Positions 38,822-46,050 of a stretch of DNA of 46,050 nt are shown one piece after another. The DNA is from Marinilabiliaceae bacterium (GTDB lineage Bacteria; Bacteroidota; Bacteroidia; Bacteroidales; Marinilabiliaceae), in the NCBI GenBank assembly GCA_027010905.1, contig JALVBA010000369.1, forward strand, positions 1 through 46,050. Reading direction: 5' to 3'. How positions within the stretch are numbered: the first letter of the stretch is position 1; every line of letters starts with the position of its first letter. Under the pieces are notes generated by a model, which was given only the letters and a program-made list of their open reading frames with translations, ran no database searches and had not been told where the DNA came from. The translations under genes were made by a program, and so were the position numbers.

Positions 38822-40168
38822 ATGAAACTAGTCGAAACTATCCGAAATATCTGGAAAATAGAGGATTTAAAATCTCGTCTATTAACAACTCTGGGATTCT
38901 TATTAGTATACAGGTTGGGCTCATTCGTTGTGTTGCCCGGTATTGATCCTGCCAAACTTGCAGGCTTAAGTAACCAAACACGCGAAGGCGTAATGGGACT
39001 GCTTGATATGTTTTCCGGAGGTGCCTTCTCTAATGCATCTATTTTTGCATTAGGAATTATGCCGTATATCTCAGCATCTATTGTAATTCAGTTGTTGGGT
39101 ATGGCTATTCCCTATTTCCAAAAATTACAACGAGAAGGAGAGAGTGGTCGACGTAAGATAAACCAAATTACCCGCTATCTCACAGTTATAATCCTCGTTG
39201 TTCAGGCTCCGGGATATCTTGCAAACCTTGCAAACCAGGCAGGTGAAGCAATAATTGAAACAGGCTGGTCATTTAATATTACCAGTACAATTATTCTTAC
39301 TGCAGGTACTATGTTTGTTATGTGGATTGGTGAGCGTATTACTGATAAAGGTATTGGAAACGGTATATCACTTATCATTATGATTGGTATTATCGCACGA
39401 TTGCCTCAGGCTTTCTTTGCCGAATTAGTTTCCCGCTTGGAAGCTACTGCCGGTGGAGGTGGTTTGGTTATGTTACTAATAGAACTTGTTGTTCTGTTTT
39501 TCGTTTTTGTAGGTACTATTCTGCTTGTACAAGGAACACGACGTATTCCAGTTCAATATGCTAAACGAATTGTTGGAAATAAACAGTATGGTGGTGTACG
39601 TCAGTATATCCCACTGAAGGTTAATGCCGCAGGTGTTATGCCTATCATCTTTGCTCAGGCAATTATGTTTGTTCCTATTACGGTAGCAGGATTTGTAAAC
39701 AGTGAATCGGCAACAGGCTTTGCTGCTGTTTTTGCTGACATTACAGGTTTTTGGTATAATTTTGTATATGGATTGATGATTGTAGCATTTACATATTTTT
39801 ATACTGCTATTACCATAAATCCAACACAGATGGCTGAAGATATGAAACGTAATGGTGGTTTTATACCGGGTGTTAAACCAGGTAGAAAAACTGTTGATTA
39901 TCTAGATACTGTTATGTCCAGAATCACACTGCCAGGATCTATATTTCTTGCTTTTGTAGCTATTATGCCTGCATTTGCAATGATGGCCGGTGTTGAACGT
40001 TCGTTTGCCTATTTCTACGGTGGTACTTCTCTTTTGATTCTTGTTGGAGTTATCCTTGACACTCTGCAACAGATAGAGAGTCATCTGTTGATGAGACACT
40101 ATGACGGACTGATGAAATCAGGTAGAATAAAAGGACGTACCGGAGGTGGTGCTGCAGCAATGTATTAA
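38822..40168 (+). CDS. secY: Preprotein translocase subunit SecY
   Basis: I trimmed the start to MKLVETIRNIWKIEDLKSR (ATG 38822) because the track ORF overlaps the rplO 3' end. Ten TM segments, GIMPYISASI. Confidence 0.95.
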   Translation: MKLVETIRNIWKIEDLKSRLLTTLGFLLVYRLGSFVVLPGIDPAKLAGLSNQTREGVMGLLDMFSGGAFSNASIFALGIMPYISASIVIQLLGMAIPYFQKLQREGESGRRKINQITRYLTVIILVVQAPGYLANLANQAGEAIIETGWSFNITSTIILTAGTMFVMWIGERITDKGIGNGISLIIMIGIIARLPQAFFAELVSRLEATAGGGGLVMLLIELVVLFFVFVGTILLVQGTRRIPVQYAKRIVGNKQYGGVRQYIPLKVNAAGVMPIIFAQAIMFVPITVAGFVNSESATGFAAVFADITGFWYNFVYGLMIVAFTYFYTAITINPTQMAEDMKRNGGFIPGVKPGRKTVDYLDTVMSRITLPGSIFLAFVAIMPAFAMMAGVERSFAYFYGGTSLLILVGVILDTLQQIESHLLMRHYDGLMKSGRIKGRTGGGAAAMY

Positions 40169-40186
40169 TACCATTGCATAGAGATA

Positions 40187-40972
40187 ATGATTTATTTAAA
40201 GACTGACGAAGAGATAGAGTTGATGAGAGAGAGTAACCTTATGGTTGCACGTACTCTTGGTGAGGTGGCTAAACATATTAAGCCCGGTATTACTACGTTA
40301 GAGCTTGATGAAATTGCAGAAACCTATATTAGGGACAATAAAGGTGTTCCGGGATTTTTGAACTATCACGGATTTCCGAACACTTTGTGTACTTCTGTTA
40401 ACGAACAGGTGGTACATGGAATTCCAAATAAAAAACCGTTAATAGAGGGTGATGTTGTGTCGGTAGATTGCGGATCACTGTTGAATGGATATTTTGGAGA
40501 CTCGGCATATACATTTTGTGTTGGCGAAGTGAAGCCTGAAGTTAAGGCACTTTTAGTTGCTACCAGAGAGTCGCTGTACAAAGGCATTGAAAATGCTGTT
40601 GCAGGCAAAAGACTTGGTGATATTGGATTTGCTGTTCAAAATCATGTTGAATCGAAAGGTTACTCTGTAGTTAGAGAGATGGTTGGTCATGGTATTGGTA
40701 AAAATCTTCACGAAGCCCCTGAAGTTCCTAATTATGGAAGAAGAGGGAATGGAATTAAACTGAAAAGTGGTATGGTTATCGCCATAGAGCCGATGATAAA
40801 TATGGGAAAAAGGCAGATTTTGCAGGAGAAAGATGGCTGGACTATCAGAACTGTTGACAAAAAAGTATCTGCACACTTTGAACATACTATTGCGATAAGA
40901 AAAGATAAGGCAGATATACTTTCAAGTTTTAAATTTGTTGAAGAAGTATTATCTTTGCAGTCTGAAAAATAA
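40187..40972 (+). CDS. map: Methionine aminopeptidase, type I
   Basis: VVHGIPN, DCG, GHGIG, IEPM and FEHT metal-ligand motifs. Confidence 0.95.
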   Translation: MIYLKTDEEIELMRESNLMVARTLGEVAKHIKPGITTLELDEIAETYIRDNKGVPGFLNYHGFPNTLCTSVNEQVVHGIPNKKPLIEGDVVSVDCGSLLNGYFGDSAYTFCVGEVKPEVKALLVATRESLYKGIENAVAGKRLGDIGFAVQNHVESKGYSVVREMVGHGIGKNLHEAPEVPNYGRRGNGIKLKSGMVIAIEPMINMGKRQILQEKDGWTIRTVDKKVSAHFEHTIAIRKDKADILSSFKFVEEVLSLQSEK

Positions 40973-40984
40973 AAAGTTAGGATT

Positions 40985-41203
40985 ATGGCTAAGCAACCCT
41001 CAATAGAACAAGACGGTACAATCATCGAAGCATTGTCAAATGCAATGTTTCGTGTTGAGTTGGAAAACGGGCATGTTATCACTGCTCACATCAGCGGAAA
41101 GATGCGCATGCACTACATACGTATACTACCCGGTGACCGTGTGAAAGTTGAAATGTCTCCATACGATTTAACTAAAGGAAGAATAACATACAGATACAAA
41201 TAA
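40985..41203 (+). CDS. infA: Translation initiation factor IF-1
   Basis: 72 aa. [21 protein letters not shown]1-like fold. Confidence 0.96.
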   Translation: MAKQPSIEQDGTIIEALSNAMFRVELENGHVITAHISGKMRMHYIRILPGDRVKVEMSPYDLTKGRITYRYK

Positions 41204-41212
41204 GTAAGAGTT

Positions 41213-41329
41213 ATGAAAGTAAGAGCATCAATAAAAAAGCGTAGCGAAGATTGCAAAATCGTAAAGCGTAAAGGACGATTATACGTTATAAATAAAAAGA
41301 ATCCAAAGTTTAAACAACGTCAAGGATAA
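41213..41329 (+). CDS. rpmJ: 50S ribosomal protein L36 (bL36), zinc-independent form
   Basis: Not in the ORF track (38 aa). Hand translation gives [38 protein letters not shown]. It has a single Cys only. Confidence 0.92.
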   Translation: MKVRASIKKRSEDCKIVKRKGRLYVINKKNPKFKQRQG

Positions 41330-41344
41330 AAAAATAATATAATT

Positions 41345-41722
41345 ATGGCTAGAATTGCTGGAGTTGACATACCCTCAAATAAGAGAGGAGAAATAGCTTT
41401 AACATACATTTTCGGGATTGGAAGAAGCAGAGCAAAGAAAATTCTTCTGGAAGTTAAAGTTGACCCAAATGTTAAGGTAACTGAATGGAACGATACAGAG
41501 ATTACCGCTATTCGTGAGATGATATCAAACAACTACAAAATAGAAGGTGAATTACGTTCAGAAGTTCAACTTAACATTAAAAGATTAATGGATATCGGTT
41601 GTTACCGTGGCATCCGTCACCGTAATGGTTTACCACTACGCGGACAATCAACAAAAAACAATGCCAGAACAAGAAAAGGTAAAAGAAAAACCGTTGCTAA
41701 CAAAAAGATAGCAACTAAATAA
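41345..41722 (+). CDS. rpsM: 30S ribosomal protein S13 (uS13)
   Basis: [22 protein letters not shown]. Confidence 0.97.
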   Translation: MARIAGVDIPSNKRGEIALTYIFGIGRSRAKKILLEVKVDPNVKVTEWNDTEITAIREMISNNYKIEGELRSEVQLNIKRLMDIGCYRGIRHRNGLPLRGQSTKNNARTRKGKRKTVANKKIATK

Positions 41723-41732
41723 TAATTGAACT

Positions 41733-42122
41733 ATGTCAAAAAAGTCGGGATCTCACAAAAAGAGAGTAGTTAAAGTAGAGGCACAGGGACAGGCTCATAT
41801 CCATAGCTCTTTTAACAACATCATCGTAACACTTACAAATTCCAACGGACAAGTAATTTCTTGGTCTAGTGCAGGTAAAATGGGATTTAGAGGATCAAAG
41901 AAAAACACTCCTTATGCAGCTCAGATGGCTGCCACTGATTGTTCAAAAATAGCTTATGATCTAGGTTTACGTAAAGTAAAGGTGTATGTTAAAGGGCCGG
42001 GTAATGGTCGTGAATCAGCCATGCGTACAATTCATGCTAATGGTATTGAAGTTACAGAAATTGTGGATGTAACTCCGTTGCCTCATAACGGATGTCGTCC
42101 GCCAAAGAGAAGAAGAGTTTAA
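41733..42122 (+). CDS. rpsK: 30S ribosomal protein S11 (uS11)
   Basis: [37 protein letters not shown]. Confidence 0.97.
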   Translation: MSKKSGSHKKRVVKVEAQGQAHIHSSFNNIIVTLTNSNGQVISWSSAGKMGFRGSKKNTPYAAQMAATDCSKIAYDLGLRKVKVYVKGPGNGRESAMRTIHANGIEVTEIVDVTPLPHNGCRPPKRRRV

Positions 42123-42261
42123 TCACTAGTTGTTAACCATAAGTTCTTGGTTTTAAATTTTGAAAATGATAGGTTATATAATTAAGACCGTCCTCTTTAT
42201 AATCTTAGGCTGCCATATTCATTGTTTAAAATCAAAAAAATAAAATCAAAAATTTAGAAGA

Positions 42262-42867
42262 ATGGCTAGATATATTGGTCCAAAAACAAAGATTGCCCGG
42301 AAATTCGGTGAGGCGATTTATGGTCCCGATAAGAATTTCGAAAGAAAGAATTATCCTCCGGGACAACACGGAAATAACCGTAGAAGGAAGACAAGTGAAT
42401 ACGGTGTTCAGTTAAAAGAGAAGCAAAAAGCCAAATATACCTATGGTATTTTGGAAAAGCAGTTTAGTAACCTGTTCAAAAAGGCTTCACGCCATAAAGG
42501 TATAACGGGTGAAGTTTTACTTGGCTTATTAGAGTCGAGATTAGATAATGTTGTTTACCGCTTAGGTATGGCTCCTACAAGAGCTGCTGCCCGTCAGTTG
42601 GTATCTCATCGTCATGTAATTGTTAATGAAAGTATAGTTAATATACCTTCGTATCAGGTTAAACCCGGCCAGTTAATTGGCGTTAGGGAAAAATCTAAAT
42701 CTCTCGAGATTATTGCTGATTCGTTATCTAATAGCAGTGTTCATCAGTTTCCATGGTTAGAGTGGGATAGCGATTCTTACACAGGGAAATTTATGAATGT
42801 ACCTGACAGGTCAGATATACCTGAAAATATCAAAGAACAACTGATCGTTGAATTGTATTCTAAATAA
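42262..42867 (+). CDS. rpsD: 30S ribosomal protein S4 (uS4)
   Basis: [18 protein letters not shown]4 domain [26 protein letters not shown]. Confidence 0.97.
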   Translation: MARYIGPKTKIARKFGEAIYGPDKNFERKNYPPGQHGNNRRRKTSEYGVQLKEKQKAKYTYGILEKQFSNLFKKASRHKGITGEVLLGLLESRLDNVVYRLGMAPTRAAARQLVSHRHVIVNESIVNIPSYQVKPGQLIGVREKSKSLEIIADSLSNSSVHQFPWLEWDSDSYTGKFMNVPDRSDIPENIKEQLIVELYSK

Positions 42868-42876
42868 TCTATTTTT

Positions 42877-43869
42877 ATGGCAATATTAGCATTCCAAAAA
42901 CCCGAAAAAGTTATCATGCTGGAGGCCGACGAGAAATTCGGCCGTTTTGAATTTCGTCCGCTGGAGCCAGGATATGGTATTACTGTTGGAAATGCCTTAA
43001 GAAGGATTTTGTTATCCTCACTTGAAGGATATGCAATTACTACTGTTAAAATTGAAGGTGTTGACCATGAGTTTTCAACAGTTACGGGCGTAATTGATGA
43101 TGTTACTAATATCATCCTAAACCTTAAGCAGGTGCGTTTCAAGCGTATTGTTGAAGATGTTGATGATGAAAAAGTTACTATTAATGTTTCAGGTAAAGAG
43201 ACACTCACTGCTGGTGATTTAAATCAATTCATGAGTGGATTTGAAGTTTTGAATCCAGAGTGGATTATTGCCAGAATGAATCCTGAAGTTGATTTTCAAA
43301 TGGTAATTACGATTAATAAGGGTCGTGGTTATGTTCCTTCAGAAGAGAATAAAATTACAGATGCTGAATTTGGTGTGATTGCAATTGATTCAATTTTCAC
43401 TCCGATAGTAAATGTGAAATATTCTATTGAGAATTTCAGGGTAGAGCAGAAGACTGACTACGAAAAGTTATTGTTCGAAATCACAACTGACGGATCAATT
43501 CATCCGAAAGAAGCATTAAAAGAATCAGCTAAGATATTGATTCATCACTTCATGTTATTTTCTGATGAGAAGATTGCATTGGATTCGGAAGAGAAGTTTG
43601 GTAATGAAGAGTTTGATGAAGAAGTTCTTCATATGCGTCAGGTGCTGAAAACCAAATTAGTTGACATGGATCTTTCAGTCAGAGCACTCAACTGTTTAAA
43701 AGCTGCTGATGTAGACACTTTAGGAGAGTTGGTTACATATAACCGTAACGATCTTCTTAAGTTTCGTAATTTTGGTAAGAAGTCACTTACTGAGCTGGAT
43801 GATTTGTTGGAAGGAATGAGTCTTACTTTCGGCATGGAGACTTCAAAGTATAAACTTGAAAAGGAATAA
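42877..43869 (+). CDS. rpoA: DNA-directed RNA polymerase subunit alpha
   Basis: 330 aa. [20 protein letters not shown], and C-terminal domain [10 protein letters not shown]...FGKKSL. Confidence 0.97.
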   Translation: MAILAFQKPEKVIMLEADEKFGRFEFRPLEPGYGITVGNALRRILLSSLEGYAITTVKIEGVDHEFSTVTGVIDDVTNIILNLKQVRFKRIVEDVDDEKVTINVSGKETLTAGDLNQFMSGFEVLNPEWIIARMNPEVDFQMVITINKGRGYVPSEENKITDAEFGVIAIDSIFTPIVNVKYSIENFRVEQKTDYEKLLFEITTDGSIHPKEALKESAKILIHHFMLFSDEKIALDSEEKFGNEEFDEEVLHMRQVLKTKLVDMDLSVRALNCLKAADVDTLGELVTYNRNDLLKFRNFGKKSLTELDDLLEGMSLTFGMETSKYKLEKE

Positions 43870-43874
43870 TCGCG

Positions 43875-44510
43875 ATGAGACATAATAAGAAATTTAATCA
43901 TTTAGGAAGAACTGCATCGCACCGTAAAGCTATGCTGTCAAATATGGCATGTTCACTTTTGGTGCATAAGCGTATTAAAACTACTGTTGCAAAGGCAAAA
44001 GCTTTACGTATCTATATTGAGCCGTTAATTACAAAAACAAAGGGCTTAAGTACAGTAGGAGAAAAAACTCATGCGCAACGTGTTGTGTTCAGCTACCTTC
44101 AGAACAAGGAAGCTGTTAAAGAGTTATTTACTGAAATAGCTGAAAAAGTTGCTGCCAGACCAGGTGGTTATACTCGTATTCTGAAGTTGGGAAATCGTTT
44201 GGGTGATAACGCAGAGATGTGTTACATCGAGTTGGTTGACTACAACGAGAATATGCTTAGTGCTTCTAAATCAGAATCAACTAAGAAGAAAACTACTCGT
44301 AGAGGTCGACGTAAGAAAACTACTGAAACAGTTACTGCTGCTCCGGTTGCCGAAACAACAACTGCTGTTGAGGAGACTGCTGCTGAAGTACCTGAAGTAA
44401 AAGCTGACGTTGAAACAGCTACTGAAGCACCTGAAGCAAAGGCTGATGCTGATAACACAGCCAAGGCTCCAGCTAAAGAAAATGAAACAAAGACAGACTC
44501 TAAGGAGTAG
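43875..44510 (+). CDS. rplQ: 50S ribosomal protein L17 (bL17) with a long low-complexity C-terminal extension
   Basis: [40 protein letters not shown]. About 85 extra residues rich in A/E/T/K follow the conserved core. Confidence 0.95.
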   Translation: MRHNKKFNHLGRTASHRKAMLSNMACSLLVHKRIKTTVAKAKALRIYIEPLITKTKGLSTVGEKTHAQRVVFSYLQNKEAVKELFTEIAEKVAARPGGYTRILKLGNRLGDNAEMCYIELVDYNENMLSASKSESTKKKTTRRGRRKKTTETVTAAPVAETTTAVEETAAEVPEVKADVETATEAPEAKADADNTAKAPAKENETKTDSKE

Positions 44511-44573
44511 GTTAAAAGTAATAGTGGTTGATGGTTCAAAACTAGTGCTGCTATTTACTACTTGATATACAGT

Positions 44574-44608
44574 AGGATATTTCCATTTGGTTGTATCCTT
44601 TTTTTTTT
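44574..44608 (+). terminator. Putative intrinsic terminator ending the ribosomal-protein supercluster
   Basis: AGGATAT-(12 nt)-GTATCCT stem (one G-U pair) followed by 10 T. Confidence 0.5.
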
Positions 44609-44629
44609 GAAAAATAGAATAACAATTAA

Positions 44630-45946
<1,317 letters not shown>

Positions 45947-45971
45947 ATCAACAATTTTTATATTGTATTTT

Positions 45972-46000
45972 AAGGACGGGACTCTTCCCGTCCTTTTTTT
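45972..46000 (+). terminator. Intrinsic terminator after eno
   Basis: Perfect 10-bp stem AAGGACGGGA / TCCCGTCCTT, 4-nt loop CTCT, followed by a T-run. Confidence 0.8.
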
Positions 46001-46050
46001 ATTTATTCTAATTAAAAACAAATATACATATATCAATAGGAAAATATTTT

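Noticed and set aside
42802-42810. Third copy of the REP core (CCTGACAGG) inside rpsD
   Set aside because: Only the 9-nt half-site matches. There is no partner arm or AT-rich flank, and it lies in conserved coding sequence. It is a chance match.
42777-43208. 143-aa antisense ORF overlapping rpsD/rpoA, and similar antisense or overlapping track ORFs (for example 29883..30287, 40732..41082, 40553..40885, 13781..14153, 12344..12709, 20966..21268, 8218..8538)
   Set aside because: All lie inside strongly supported genes on the opposite strand or in another frame. Their compositions are Ser/Leu/Ile-rich and shadow-like, with no known motifs.
44240-44539. 99-aa antisense ORF opposite the L17 tail
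   Set aside because: It is an artefact of the GCT/GAA-rich low-complexity repeat encoding the L17 C-terminal extension. Stop codons are simply rare in the antisense frame.

Overview
This window looks like a chromosomal segment from a Bacteroidota (Bacteroidia-like) genome. The evidence is TAnnTTTG-type -7 promoter boxes, many lipoprotein and outer-membrane barrel genes, a PorT-like gene next to ubiE, and an rpsL-rpsG-fusA-rpsJ order with no tuf.

The right 20 kb (26.4-46.0 kb, + strand) is the fused str/S10/spc/alpha ribosomal-protein supercluster. It runs rpsL to rplQ and includes fusA, secY, map, infA and rpoA. Two short genes absent from the ORF track, rpmD and rpmJ, are also there, and eno follows.

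The left 26 kb is mixed housekeeping and accessory sequence:
- a truncated NSS transporter, fbaA, a TamA/BamA-like Omp85 gene and a TrmH-family methyltransferase
- a ubiE / PorT-like / FAD-oxidoreductase operon
- three lipoproteins (beta-propeller glycosidase-like, sulfatase, M13 peptidase)
- a minus-strand sulfur-amino-acid cluster: cysK, metY, a POTRA-less Omp85 barrel and a second MetY-like PLP enzyme
- a RAYT-type Y1 transposase bracketed by near-identical hairpin repeats
- a Tat-exported Gfo/Idh/MocA oxidoreductase paired with a 1129-aa HEAT + 2xDUF1080 protein
- miaA, and a small outer-membrane barrel gene split by one in-frame TGA

I found no CRISPR array, rRNA or tRNA, and no recognisable defence or secretion island.

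The items most worth follow-up are:
1. the hairpin-flanked RAYT unit, whose transposase reading frame continues past its stop codon
2. a terminator-containing leader directly upstream of metY-cysK that matches no riboswitch class I can recognise
3. the UGA-split barrel gene, which has a long hairpin right after the stop
4. the oxidoreductase / DUF1080 pair
5. a cluster of telomere-like micro-repeats with a G-quadruplex motif at a convergent gene junction

None of these is proven novel from sequence alone, and most of the window is ordinary core genome.
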